A DNA stretch of 63,779 nucleotides, filler included, from Salisapilia sapeloensis CBS 127946 (Eukaryota; Protista; Oomycota), in assembly GCA_023334545.1 (NCBI GenBank). It is 13 parts of 13 records of this genome, joined end to end, with 100 filler letters (N's around TTAATTAATTAA, not from the genome) between each part and the next. Parts side by side here need not be neighbours in the genome. Positions count along the whole stretch, not along the records: positions 29,833 to 34,543 come from JAADVB010000656.1; positions 34,644 to 56,561 come from JAADVB010000280.1; 11 more parts are not named here. One strand, 5' to 3'. The position numbers and the translations under genes are program-made. Below are positions 33,473-44,800 of the stretch, piece after piece. A model generated the notes under the pieces. The model saw nothing but the letters and a program-made list of their open reading frames with translations, was not told where the DNA came from and made no database searches. Position 1 is the stretch's first letter, and every line of letters begins with the position of its first letter.

Positions 33473-34543
33473 CATCATGCTGGACCAGCAGCACGTTCCT
33501 CTATTATCTCCTTAGCTCTAGTCACGTCCTAATACATCACGTAGCCCGAGCAAAATCGGTTCCGTCGAAAAGAACTGTGTCATCCAGACCTTGTCGGCGT
33601 CCATTCGAGTCATCATCGTGTAGCTACGTGCTGGACGGCCGGCGTAGATGCTAGTGATCCTCGCCACCATCTTCAAGAAGCGCACCTTTTACAAAGACCT
33701 GCGTGCCTCACCTGCCATGATCGGAACCTACTGGAATAAGCTACCAGGATCACCAGAAGTCCGGTCGCTGTCTTTTGCGAACTCGGGGGCTTCCATGCAC
33801 TCTTGCCGGCGCTCGAGCAGATGCTGCTGACACAAGAGACGATCAAGGAGTTACAGGACGTAGGGACGAGTGAAGAAGAGATGAGTGAGACGTTGCTGGA
33901 TTGTGACACTTGCAAGTACTGCTGCAGGTGCTTATGGAGTTCAGAAGCTCTGTCCCGGAGACAATGTCCACGTAGATCATATTAGTCGTGTTAGAGTATC
34001 TGACCAAGTTCCCAAAGCCGGTGCGAAAGGACTTTCGTGGATCCATGGCCGCCATTTTGATCATCGCTAGACGCTTCGTGGACGCAGGTGTCGTCCCATC
34101 CAATGCCATCACGAACTACTGGCTAGAGATCACGCAGCGATACGTCGAGTACAGGTCCCTCCCCCCGCAGCTCTTCGGACTAGAGCAGCTGAACCAGATC
34201 GTCAACTTTGCTCGTGCGTCGCGGCCGTTCCCGAAAGTGTATATGGTCCACCACGCTGGCACGGACCCAGTTAAGGGCGTGTATAAGCTCAAGCACGAGT
34301 CTGGATCCGCCACATACACGCTGACGAGCAGCGAGACCGGGCAGGTCTTCACGCTCTTCTGCTGCACGAAGAGCGGACTCAAGTGGTGGTTCATCCCGGA
34401 GACAGACAAGATGCAGCCAGGCTCTGACCAGGACATTGACTACTACCAGCACCAGTCGCAGTACGAAGAGTACCTCCCGCCGACGCACCACTGGGTCGTC
34501 ACGGGGAAAGGAGAGGAGCCTCCACCGGAGCTGTCGCCTGGTC
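33368..34543 (+). pseudogene. Decayed N-terminal part of a large ubiquitin-specific protease-like (USP9/24/34-type) gene
   Basis: Protein-like segments in shifting frames (WWNAVRSLNAALL...MLDQ, PSKIGSVEKNCV, FKKRTFYK, KWWFIPETDKMQPGSDQDIDYY), interrupted by in-frame TAGs at 33621, 33645 and 33973 and at least two frameshifts. The family assignment is from recall of stramenopile USP N-termini. Confidence 0.55.
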
Positions 34544-34643
34544 NNNNNNNNNNNNNNNNNNNNNNNNNNNNNNNNNNNNNNNNNNNNTTAATTAATTAAN
34601 NNNNNNNNNNNNNNNNNNNNNNNNNNNNNNNNNNNNNNNNNNN

Positions 34644-35730
34644 ACAGAGACGGCAGTGATGACGCATTCGCTTGAAATTAAACTTGCGGTCACACACAGA
34701 ACAAGTTGGACGCCGGTCGTTTGGTACCCACTTCCCTCGACTGACCATGTCGGAATTCGACAAGTGTTTCGAGTCGACATACATGGACATGCTATTGATT
34801 TGTTCCATAAACGATTTGTACGCGAGATTGTTGATAAAGGTGCCTTTGACGTCTAAGTCACCCATGACGAGGATCTGTGTGGTTGAGCTATGACTTGGTT
34901 GGCTGCTGCTCTTAGTAGCACCAGTACCAGTAGCACTATTGCCCATACGGACAATGGTGGCAAGTCGAGCTGTCACACGCTTCACTGTCCGGCCATCATG
35001 TAGCAATGGACACTCGGGAACTTCGACAGGCAGCGTCAATCGGATACCGACCTCACGTCCTTTCGAGTCCATCCTGTACGTCAAGTACTACATCCAGGAC
35101 TATTAATAAGATGAATAATAGGATAGACTAGAAATTGATTACCTCCAGGTAGCAGTTATCCCGCCTGCTCATGAACTTGGAAGGAGCGAAGGCTGTCCAC
35201 TTGAGTCCCAAGTAGAGTGGTGGGGAGCCATCAGAAGCCGTGTGGATGTTGGCGAGGACCTGCGCGTCAATGGTATTGTCGACGAGGAAGCGAATGGACT
35301 CGTAGAGCTTTTGGGAAGAAGTCGCGTAGTAGAACTCGAGTAGCTGACGGTAGTCACCATGGATCTGGCCGTAGCATCGGAAGACACTGTTGGTCTCGGA
35401 CGTGGGCGTGACGTTCGGTTTCCAAACTGTCGTGAGCTCTTCAACTCGAGCGAGGAAGTTCCATGGCTGGTCATAGTGAGGTTTGGATCCCATCGCTTCA
35501 TGCTCTTCATACTGTTCCATGTACTCGTCTGCTGCATCTTCAGCTAGTTGCTTGTACGCTTGTACATGTGCCGGTGAGAGATTTGGTGGCGGGAAAAACC
35601 CTGCTGGCAGTGGGAACTTAAGAGACGCATAGTGGGAGCTATTGGTTACGTGAGTCAGGTGGATAGTAAGTATCTTTAATACGTCGGGTACCTTGCTTGG
35701 TCTTCCGCTGCCATTGCGCTTCCTTTGCAA
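34644..35730 (-). CDS. Oomycete START-like + FYVE domain protein (multi-exon, 3' truncated)
   Basis: KFPLPAGFFPPPNLS family N-terminus; FYVE start WVPNDRRPTCSVCDRKFNFKRMRHHCRLC. Confidence 0.85.
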
Positions 35731-36164
35731 ATGGAATTGTGTTTCTTATCAACTGAAGCTCGGATGCACCGAACACTCCCCTCCTTCTTGTTCCATTTGC
35801 CGATCGATGTAGAAAATCCCAGACGCACCTAAGCCAATGGTAGATTTAAGAAAAATTGAGCTAACACATGACGATCCAACAGGTCTGATAACGTAATATC
35901 TTCTTCGATCGCATACGTCGACTACGAAGGAAGTAGAGAATAGCTACGTCCATCTAGCGATCCATATTCTCCATCGAGCTAGTAGATATCTCTGAACGTA
36001 CGTATCACCTTGGAAATAGATCCGTTGTAGCTAGCGACTGGATCTAGCATCCAGGAAGAGATACAATTCACAACACCCCCATTCCGATGGTCGAACTAAA
36101 ATTCGCTACTGAAACCAACTAGCATTCTGCCTTCCGTGCGTCTGATAACAGTCGAAAAAGAGTT

Positions 36165-39050
36165 TTATTGGATATTGAAAACCTTCTTAAGTTGGACGAC
36201 GAGACGCCAGTCCTCTTTGCCTAGATCGTTCCGGAAGTTTTCCTTGAGCGCATCAATGCTTTCTCTCGTCAGCTTCGACACGAGTTTATTCGAATGATCA
36301 AAGTGACGTCCGTACGCAACGTTACTGTCGTTATCGATACGCACGGCAACACTCGCACCCTTCTTGGCACGATCCACTTCCTTATGATCCCGCTCAATGG
36401 ATGCGACCTTACCAACCGTCACATTCAACGACGGAATCACGAGCGGCGTGCCGACCTTCAAGATGCCTTCTTCGACATCGACACCGAGGATGATCGGATC
36501 TTTCTTATTGAAGATGCAATCCGGCAGGATCTTGATGATCGTCGGGAAGACCGCGACGTCAGCTAACGCCTCTCGTCTCGCAGCCCGGAACTGGTCCATG
36601 TACGCCGTGAACTGATCAAACAGGTGGTAGATGATATCTGCCGTAAAGATCTTGACGCCAAGCTCGTTCGCGAGGTCATGCGCATCGCTATGCACCTTGA
36701 CGTCAAACGCCAGAATCGTTGCAAACTCCTTCTGGTGTTCCAACTGGACACTCGCACGCATCACATCCTTCTTGTAAACCGTTCCGAGATTGACGCAACT
36801 GACCGGAATCGGCGGATCACATGTCTTGAGGAACTCGAGCAGAGCTTCCATCGCACCTAATGTACTCGCCTGAACCATTACACCTCGCTTCGTGCTCTTG
36901 ACACTGTCCATGACGCTCGTAAAGTCGGCCATCACCTGCTCCTTGAGCTCTTCCTCGTCATCGTCTTCGCCGACAACGTAGATCGGAGTACCTGCCACTG
37001 CCTTCTCCAGGCCATGTGCAGCAATCTTGACACCCATCGCAGCCTTCATGTGCTGATGGTGGACGTACTCTCCCTTGACACGAATCTCCTTCATCGGATG
37101 CGGCGTCAAGAGTGATCGGATCGTTGTCACCACTGGACCTTCGAGCGTACATGCGACGATCTTGTCTCCTTCGTTCAATCGACCGTTAACGAGGATTGTG
37201 TCGATGGTTGTACCGAGACCTTCGATTACCTTGACTTCGAGGACGGTACACTGCAAGATATCAACGAATGCGAGACTCTGCGCCATACGCTCTTGCGTCA
37301 ACCTCGTGACCATCCCGAGCAGGTCCGGAACACCTTCACCGGAGATGGCACTCGTCGGAATGAACGACACGGTACGTCCGAGATCTTTATTCCGCCAGTA
37401 CACCTCAGCGTTGAGTTTTTGTTCCGCGAATTCGACCTTAATGCGGTCGAGACGGTCTTCGAATTCACGGTGGACGTGCTCACTCTGATGCTTGAGGGCT
37501 TCTTGCACCGGCATGTCCGGCATCGTCTTCCAGCCGTACAGTCGGTCGATCTTATTCAATGCGACGATGAACGGAGCGCGCTTTTGACGCAAGAGACGGA
37601 GAGACTCAAGTGTCTGTGGCTCGAGACCGTGCATGATGTCCACGACCAAGATGGCAATGTCACACAAGGACGAACCACGACTACGGAGGTTGGTGAAACT
37701 CTCGTGACCAGGTGTATCGATGACAAGGAGACCTGGGAGTTTGTACTGGAGCTTCATCGTTTCCGTAAGCTTCTCAGTCTTGGATTTCAAAGCTTCTACT
37801 GGGAAGAAGGTGGCACCAATCTGCTGCGTGATACCACCAGCTTCACCGTCTTGGACCTTCGTACGACGAATGTTATCCAATAGCTTGGTCTTACCCGTGT
37901 CGACATGACCCATGATAACACAAATAGGAGAACGGAGGTCGTCTAGAGACACGTTCGCTCTTGCTTCTTCCTCACGCTTACGACGACGCTCAGCAGCCTC
38001 CTTTTTCTTGCGCTCCGCCTCTTGCTTGGCCTTGGACTGACGCAGCTCTTCCTCTTCCTCTCTCTGACGCTGCGCTTCTTCCTCCTGTTTGCGCTTCATC
38101 AGAGCGATACCTTGCTGACGCTTACGTTCTTCTTCCTTGCGTTGTTCCACCACGAGCAGATCCTCCTCTTCATCATCGTCTGCTTGCGCAGGTTCCTCCG
38201 TCTGGATCTTATCGCCGATACTTGCTAAGACGTCTCCAGATTCCCAATCCTCTGCGTCCCATGCATCCGGCGCGTCTTCCTCTTCTTCCTTTTCTTCAAT
38301 CTCGACCTTTTCCCAGTCGTCCGCGACATCGTCCTTAACCTCTGGCTCTGGCGTAGGAGGTTTTTCCTCTACCTTTTGCGTCTTGGCCTTGGATTTGCTC
38401 GCATACGTCGGTTTCTTCTTCTCGGTCTTGGAAGCCGTGGTGGGAATCATGCCGGCCTGCTCCATCGTCTCTCGCGCGAGCTTGGCCTGTGCATCCTTCT
38501 TCTTCTGCGCCTTGGTCCTGTACGTTCCCTCCTTCTTTTGCTGCTCAATCTTGGCCTTCTTACGCTCTTGCTTCTTGCGCTTCTCCTCCTGAATACGCTC
38601 TTCCTCGGCCTTGCGTCGCTCTTCCTCTTCCTTAGCCTGTCGTTCCGCTTCTTCTTCTTCCTTCTTTCGACGCTCTTCCTCTGCCTTCAAAGCAGCTTGA
38701 CGCTCCTGAGCCTTCTTAGCGGCAGCAGAGAGCTTCTTGTTCCCAGTGGAAGCAGCTTCCTTCTCCTCTCCACCCTTCTTCTTCTTCTTCTTTTTCTTCG
38801 AGTCTTTCTTTTCACTACTGGCACTCGGGTCAATACCTAGCTGTGCCAAGTATGCCGCAGCCTGTTCATCCGTGTTACTCGACTCTTTCGACGCTTCTTC
38901 CTTGTCGGCAGTCGAAGTTGCCGTTGGCGTATTCGATTCTTCCGCTTGTTTCGGAGCGTCCGTCGGTCCGTTGAATTCGTTCAAGATGTCATCTAGGTCA
39001 TCTGCCGCAGGGGCTTTCTTACCACCTTTCTTATTCTTCTTCGGTGCCAT
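36165..39050 (-). CDS. eIF5B: Eukaryotic translation initiation factor 5B
   Basis: MAPKKNKKGG start, charged N-terminus, G motifs MGHVDTGKT, GGITQQIGAT, IDTPGHESF, NKID. Confidence 0.98.
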   Translation of the reverse strand: MAPKKNKKGGKKAPAADDLDDILNEFNGPTDAPKQAEESNTPTATSTADKEEASKESSNTDEQAAAYLAQLGIDPSASSEKKDSKKKKKKKKGGEEKEAASTGNKKLSAAAKKAQERQAALKAEEERRKKEEEEAERQAKEEEERRKAEEERIQEEKRKKQERKKAKIEQQKKEGTYRTKAQKKKDAQAKLARETMEQAGMIPTTASKTEKKKPTYASKSKAKTQKVEEKPPTPEPEVKDDVADDWEKVEIEEKEEEEDAPDAWDAEDWESGDVLASIGDKIQTEEPAQADDDEEEDLLVVEQRKEEERKRQQGIALMKRKQEEEAQRQREEEEELRQSKAKQEAERKKKEAAERRRKREEEARANVSLDDLRSPICVIMGHVDTGKTKLLDNIRRTKVQDGEAGGITQQIGATFFPVEALKSKTEKLTETMKLQYKLPGLLVIDTPGHESFTNLRSRGSSLCDIAILVVDIMHGLEPQTLESLRLLRQKRAPFIVALNKIDRLYGWKTMPDMPVQEALKHQSEHVHREFEDRLDRIKVEFAEQKLNAEVYWRNKDLGRTVSFIPTSAISGEGVPDLLGMVTRLTQERMAQSLAFVDILQCTVLEVKVIEGLGTTIDTILVNGRLNEGDKIVACTLEGPVVTTIRSLLTPHPMKEIRVKGEYVHHQHMKAAMGVKIAAHGLEKAVAGTPIYVVGEDDDEEELKEQVMADFTSVMDSVKSTKRGVMVQASTLGAMEALLEFLKTCDPPIPVSCVNLGTVYKKDVMRASVQLEHQKEFATILAFDVKVHSDAHDLANELGVKIFTADIIYHLFDQFTAYMDQFRAARREALADVAVFPTIIKILPDCIFNKKDPIILGVDVEEGILKVGTPLVIPSLNVTVGKVASIERDHKEVDRAKKGASVAVRIDNDSNVAYGRHFDHSNKLVSKLTRESIDALKENFRNDLGKEDWRLVVQLKKVFNIQ

Positions 39051-39211
39051 CGTACAAGTACAACTATCGGTAGGAAGAGCAAATGATCTTAATGGTGGAT
39101 AAGAAGCGATTGAATGGTTCACTGGCCGTTGGTCCACAATCCACCACCTTTTTATCTTTATCATTTAGATACAAAAGAGTGTAACTTTTCAAGACGATAA
39201 AGAAAATAATT

Positions 39212-40171
39212 TCATATTTTCTTTTGGAAACTCCGAATGGCGTCTTCGATGTCGTCGCCATGGTCTTCGGAGACACCGAGGCTGATGGCAGACCAGTCCA
39301 AGTCACTTCGACCTTTGGCCATTTGGCTCTTGAAGCGTTGAAGAAGAGTACTGAGGAATGGCATGGGGACATCCTTTTCGGTTGATAGTACGTCGGCTAG
39401 TTTCTGATCTTTGTATCCTAGTTCGAGCGAGAAGCCACCTGGCTGATGGTCTCGTTCCGATACACGCTGGCCGTAGCCTTTGTAGATGGGAGATTTTAGA
39501 AATGTAGAGCTGTAGAACTGCATGGCCTGTACACGATCGACACCATGGGATTCCGCGAGGGTCAGTGCTTCCGCCATGGCTTCGATCGCAGATGCGATGA
39601 GAAAGTTACCACATACTTTGACAACGTTTGCAGCACCAGCATCGCCATTGCTAAAGTCGTAGACATTTGCACTCGTGCATGCAAGTAAGGAAGTCGCTTG
39701 CTGAACGGCATTCGGATCGTTGCTAGAGACGACAAATGTCGCTTGCATGGCTTCCATTCCGTCCGGGCGAGCAAAGATAGGAGAAGAGACGTAGGAGACA
39801 TCACAATCTTGATGTTTGATGTCTAAAAGACGGGCGGTGGTGGGGGAGATGGTCGAGCAGCTTAGATGGAGAGACCCTTGGGGTAAATGGTGCAATATGC
39901 CACCGTCATTGTCATCTCCAAGGAGCACGGACGTAAGTACCTTGTCATTTGGTAGGACAGAGACGAGAGTCGATACACTTTGAGCTAGCTCAGCAGCAGA
40001 TGTAGCTGCCCTGGCACCAGCAGCTACCATTTTTTCAGTCCGCTCGTCATCCTGATCGAAACAGACCACCTCGTAATTGGCTTTCAGTAGGTTATGAGCC
40101 ATGGGGGAGCCCATGTTACCAAGTCCGAGGAAACCGATTGGACCTTGGCTACCTCCAGCAGCTAGATACAT
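39212..40171 (-). CDS. 3-hydroxyisobutyrate dehydrogenase / glyoxylate-reductase-like NAD(P)-dependent oxidoreductase
   Basis: IGFLGLGNMGSPMAHNL Rossmann motif, catalytic ANVVKVCGNFL, GFSLELGYKD. An upstream exon is possible. Confidence 0.9.
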   Translation of the reverse strand: MYLAAGGSQGPIGFLGLGNMGSPMAHNLLKANYEVVCFDQDDERTEKMVAAGARAATSAAELAQSVSTLVSVLPNDKVLTSVLLGDDNDGGILHHLPQGSLHLSCSTISPTTARLLDIKHQDCDVSYVSSPIFARPDGMEAMQATFVVSSNDPNAVQQATSLLACTSANVYDFSNGDAGAANVVKVCGNFLIASAIEAMAEALTLAESHGVDRVQAMQFYSSTFLKSPIYKGYGQRVSERDHQPGGFSLELGYKDQKLADVLSTEKDVPMPFLSTLLQRFKSQMAKGRSDLDWSAISLGVSEDHGDDIEDAIRSFQKKI

Positions 40172-40628
40172 AAAGTGTATTAGATGCAGGCACTAGTTGA
40201 TTCACAGCGATACATAGTAGTAAATACACGAAAAGGAGCGTCTCTTGAACGGGACAGAGAGGCGAGGAAGGAGGTGAGAGAGTAACATGACAAGGGTGGT
40301 AAGGCGTTAAATGATGTGCATTTTGATCAGATCTGATACGAGATGCTTTTGTAGCAGCTATATTAAGTTAACAACGTTAATTGAAAACGTAGAAACCTAG
40401 GATTTGTCTTTACTTGTACTTGCTGGAAGCAGTCTAGCCGACCTGCATTGAGTGCTTTAGCAAAAAGACTATTTTCTAGCAAAAGTACCTGATCGAGATT
40501 TCTTCTGTCTGACATGTCTTATTCTGTGCGCAACTGGAAGAAATACAGAAGTGTACGAGGAGCTAGAACTATACCGAAAGCTATGATGCCAAAATATCCT
40601 TGTTTCGACAGTTTTATCTTCTCTACCT

Positions 40629-41435
40629 CTACCAGACAAATGGAATAAGTGCCTTGCGCTCCTTGGGGTATTCGTCTTTGAATTTCTCTTGGTACCAATG
40701 GTGATTATTAAACGCTCGTGGACCCAAGTTCGTGAACGTGTAAAAGGCAAAGGATAGTCCAGGTAGTGACATGGTCATGATCGCCCATCCGGTCCATTCA
40801 ATGATTTCACAAAAGTAGTTAGGCGCTGTGATGTATTCGAAGAGTCCGCCGTGTGGGATTTTGTACCCCTTCTCTCCTGGCTTTCGTAAGTGGATCAAGA
40901 CTTGGTCCGAGTGGATATTATACAGAAAACCAAGCGCAAATAACGCTGCACCGATGTAAAACGTCGGACGCTTAAATGGTTCGTCGGTATTGTACTCCCC
41001 AAAGTGACTCAGGTAGCGGGCATTAATGTAGGCATTGATGGTATTGTAGAAGATCGCCAATAGCGCAATACTCAATGGCATGCGTTTCTCGCTGTATCCA
41101 CGTAGTAGGAACGGGTAGATGTACGAGCGATAGACGTAGTGTGTCAGCCAGAGAGAAGCGCCGATGAGTGCAGTCCATTCACCTTTGTGCTCGCCAGAAA
41201 GGAATATGAATGCAAACCAAATAGCAGAAGGAGATTCCATGATGATCCAGCCAAGACGTGCTGGTATAGTTGGACCCCAGCCTTTGCGAACAAATCGTCC
41301 ATAGGGCGCATTGATAAGGTTCGTTCCGAGGTACGTTAGTGTCCCAAGAACGAAGACGAAATGGGTAAGCCACACATGAAGTCCCTGTTCATCTTGTGGT
41401 ACCTGTAGCAGAACATCCTTGTCGTAGAGGTTCAT
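40629..41435 (-). CDS. 3-oxo-5-alpha-steroid 4-dehydrogenase (SRD5A/DET2-like)
   Basis: APYGRF, GWIIMESPS, HYVYRSYIYP, NIHSDQVLIHLRKPGEKGYKIPHGGLFEYITAPNYFCEIIEWTG, HHWYQEKF. Confidence 0.93.
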   Translation of the reverse strand: MNLYDKDVLLQVPQDEQGLHVWLTHFVFVLGTLTYLGTNLINAPYGRFVRKGWGPTIPARLGWIIMESPSAIWFAFIFLSGEHKGEWTALIGASLWLTHYVYRSYIYPFLLRGYSEKRMPLSIALLAIFYNTINAYINARYLSHFGEYNTDEPFKRPTFYIGAALFALGFLYNIHSDQVLIHLRKPGEKGYKIPHGGLFEYITAPNYFCEIIEWTGWAIMTMSLPGLSFAFYTFTNLGPRAFNNHHWYQEKFKDEYPKERKALIPFVW

Positions 41436-42574
41436 GACGACGAAATAACTTGTGATTACCCAAGCGCAATCAAATGTGTCATTTTTGAAGTGCCGACTTA
41501 TCATTTCGTGCAAATGTAGAATTACATGTTTGACATAATAGATTAGATAATAGTACGTTTAAATTGTGGAAGTTGATACATAAGATAAAACTGATACCGA
41601 TGACCGATCATGGAGAGATGCGATATAGTTGTTACTGCCAGTGAGTGATATAGCCTTCATACAGGCTGAGAAATTTTGTGGTGAATAGCTTGAGTGTAAA
41701 TGCACGTTTTGTGGGATTAAAGTTTATGAGTAGTCTGGATGTCAATAGAACAATATCGCGTGTAAAGCCACGTTGATCTCGAGCAACTGAGATTAAAACA
41801 CGAACGATTGCATTAAGAAAATAAAGAGAGGAGAAATCCTAAGCACCATCCACTTTATACATTGCTAGTCTCTCTGTGTGTATGCTTTTCTTTATTATGG
41901 AAGTGTCCACGTCGGACAAAAGGCTTCCCTATTTCCGTTATCGTTTTCTTAATCTCTTTGAACTACAGAATAAACGTACGGAACGTACGCCAGATCGTTC
42001 ATAAAGAGACATCTGAGATTCTACCTTATTGCCATGCGATGGTCGCCAAGAATGGGATGCCAAAGTAGCGCAGATGCTCGTGACAGTGTCATCTCCAAGC
42101 TTGTCCTTTATAAAGATATTAGAATATTATATTAGATAGATAGCTTTCTATTCTCTGGGATATGCAAACACTTGCACGCTACATATCGATTCGAGCAAGT
42201 AAAGAGATATCTCAAGCTCTTTGGCCTTCAAAGATGTGCCAATCGGTGTCCATCTAGCTTCATCTCTATACTTTAATCTGAATAAATATTTTCCATCTTG
42301 CTTCTCATAGAGTCAAAAGCAGCTTTGATTGCATTTCAGGGATATATGTAACCATCTCTGACTGCAAAGTACTCGCAATCGAGACTACCTTCAAGGTTTC
42401 CACGTACTTACGTCAGCACTCTTCTCGGACCACTCAGAACGTTCCGCTATATTTCATCGGAACACAGCCAAATACATATACTATCTCGAGACTTCTGTCT
42501 GCTCCCAGTTCCCACACGCAACAGCTCCGGAACAAGAAGCCGGACAGTGAAGCTGGCGAGGGAGCATTATACTC

Positions 42575-43240
42575 ATGAGAGCGACATGGTACGTTCCGAC
42601 CTGTTTTCTGTCCGCTGCATCTTATACTCACAATCTCCATTCTCAGGAATCGCCCCGACGAGCGCGTTCAGGACGGACCTGGCCCAGCTCTGATTCCGCC
42701 GTCGATTTAAGCGCCCCAGAACCCGTGAAACCTTCTAAGTCAGTCCACTTTGCCGTCCCGCCACCGAATCCACGCAAACGATCTCTACCAACGATCGAGC
42801 AGCTATCACAGTCCACTAGTAGCACGCCGCTTTCCACATCTGCATGCGGATCTGATCCCACTCCACAGAAAAAGTTTTGCTCCAATACAAGAATGCAAGT
42901 CCAGTCCAGTGTTCATGTCCTGGATCGACCAACGACAAGCCCAGCCCTGGATGCCCAATCCCCGAAAATGATGTCTATGTTAAGAGGACTGGACCATGTA
43001 CAGAAATGTGGGTCGAACGGGTGTGAGAATCCGCTGTGTCTTTCAACGAGAAAGTTTATGGCGAAAGCATCCACCCACCTGGCTATGATAGCCCAGCGGC
43101 CGACGCATCAGACATCAACCTGTGGCGCCTGCTCGCTGTGGATTTCGATCGTGACGAACCACGCACGCACATGCTCGGACGACGACTGCATCGTGCCTTT
43201 ATGTCGGAAACAGAAGATGGCGGTAGGAAAAAGATTTTAA
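42575..43240 (+). CDS. TAZ zinc-finger protein
   Basis: C-terminal LDHVQKC..GCENPLC...CGACSLW...NHARTC...CIVPLC (His/Cys TAZ pattern). Confidence 0.8.
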   Translation: MRATWYVPTCFLSAASYTHNLHSQESPRRARSGRTWPSSDSAVDLSAPEPVKPSKSVHFAVPPPNPRKRSLPTIEQLSQSTSSTPLSTSACGSDPTPQKKFCSNTRMQVQSSVHVLDRPTTSPALDAQSPKMMSMLRGLDHVQKCGSNGCENPLCLSTRKFMAKASTHLAMIAQRPTHQTSTCGACSLWISIVTNHARTCSDDDCIVPLCRKQKMAVGKRF

Positions 43241-43870
43241 GCTTTTGTAAATATTAGATACCAATGCACTCGCTGTGCAGGTAGATAAACTGTTGCGTTA
43301 AAGTACCTCTATGCCTCCACGTGATCTCCTGCCGTGCCTTATGACGACTAAAGTAAAGAAGGATCAAAGTTTAATCACGACGGAGAATGGTCAGCAAGGT
43401 CTCACATTGAAGAAGAGGAAATAGATGACGAAATGGAACGCGATGAAGGTCCTACTCAATTGGTGCATGCGATGGGGATGGCCGTTGCTGGATTGCTGAT
43501 GTGGAAACGAGAAATGTAGAATAAGCGATGGTCGTACACCTCTTTGCAAGCGTCAAGAGTATTTACTCCGCGGATACGCATAGGTAGAAATGGAAATCCT
43601 TCCACCGACAAGATATCTGGACATCAACGTGCGTCCATAACTTGCTAGAGAAAGTGTTATCCAGTAGTGAATTTTCCATTTCCACTGCTACTAAGACTTC
43701 CTGCATACAATTGAAACTGCTCGTCTTGAAATAGGGAAACGGCTTCTGCCTCCCCTTCCCAGACGTACGCCTTCTCGTCCAACGCAACGATCCGACAATT
43801 GCCATCTTTCTACCTGCCACGCAAACTCATATCTACACGTTACGTCCAAAGAAGGACACTAGTCATTAAA

Positions 43871-44800
43871 ATGCACGTCCAGCGAGACTCGCCTGACCGC
43901 CTGCCCTTGATGAAGGCTCGTGTACCCAAGTTCCTTAAAAGTCTATACGAACTGCTGCATGCAGAGGATCGATCGATCATCCGATGGAATGCTGATGGCC
44001 GAAGCTTCCAAGTGCTGGACATCATGCGGCTCGAACAGGAAGTGCTGCCCAAGTACTTTAAGCATAGCCGCTTCTCGAGTTTCCAGCGACAGCTCAACAA
44101 CTTTGGGTTCCGAAAATGGACCAAGACAGAATCGATCGTCTGCACATTCAGTCATTACCATCTCGTCCAAAGACACCCGGACGAGTTGATCAATTTGATC
44201 GAGCTGCACCAACTTTTCCACGAAGATGACGAAAAGAGTTCAGATTCAAACGAGCTGATGCAACACTCCGGTGTGCTGCCTGCGAGTCAATTCAAACGCC
44301 CGCTCCGGCACTATGGCCGCAAGACTCGTTCGGTCAAGTCTCCTCGATTGTCCATTCCAGCAGCCAAACACGCACCTATGGAATGCGAGCCCGAGAACAG
44401 TCCTCCGATGGAAGAGGGAAAGCGACTGAGTAGTCCCACATACGTCCTACCACCATATCCGAGCGTGAAAAGTGTACGTGCACCGGTCAAGGAGGAGATG
44501 GACGCACCGTTGTGGCGCGGTGCTGGCATCATGAATGTCGATCCGATCCGATTTCATCCGCTGAAGTCAAATCAAAGCCGGTTAGCTAGCTATGGAGACT
44601 ACTTGGACAGCGATGTCTGTGGCCTAGACAAGGCCAAGTTCACCAGAGAGGAATTGGATGATTTGTTGCAGACCATGTCACGCGACGAAGTTCCTGAACC
44701 AGATGGCATGCAGGAAGCAAACGCATACCTTCCTCGTCCGCGTATTGCGGGCAGAAACACACACGGAAATAGTGATTGGAACGTAGCATCGTCGGCATAG
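43871..44800 (+). CDS. HSF-type DNA-binding transcription factor
   Basis: VPKFLKSLYELL...IRWNADGRSF...LPKYFKHSRFSSFQRQLNNFGFRK. Confidence 0.93.
   Translation: MHVQRDSPDRLPLMKARVPKFLKSLYELLHAEDRSIIRWNADGRSFQVLDIMRLEQEVLPKYFKHSRFSSFQRQLNNFGFRKWTKTESIVCTFSHYHLVQRHPDELINLIELHQLFHEDDEKSSDSNELMQHSGVLPASQFKRPLRHYGRKTRSVKSPRLSIPAAKHAPMECEPENSPPMEEGKRLSSPTYVLPPYPSVKSVRAPVKEEMDAPLWRGAGIMNVDPIRFHPLKSNQSRLASYGDYLDSDVCGLDKAKFTREELDDLLQTMSRDEVPEPDGMQEANAYLPRPRIAGRNTHGNSDWNVASSA

Noticed and set aside
33621-33975. Three in-frame TAGs as evidence for TAG-to-Gln recoding
   Set aside because: TAG is the normal stop of several genes here (9182-9184, 40629-40631, 62143-62145), long genes contain no internal TAG, and the same region has frameshifts. 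Pseudogenisation explains it better.
39051-39164. N-terminal extension of eIF5B given by the ORF track (similar extensions at 41436-41513, 43799-43870, 45516-45611, 48444-48491, 55802-55933)
   Set aside because: Upstream in-frame sequence is UTR-like; family-typical N-termini or signal peptides begin at downstream ATGs.
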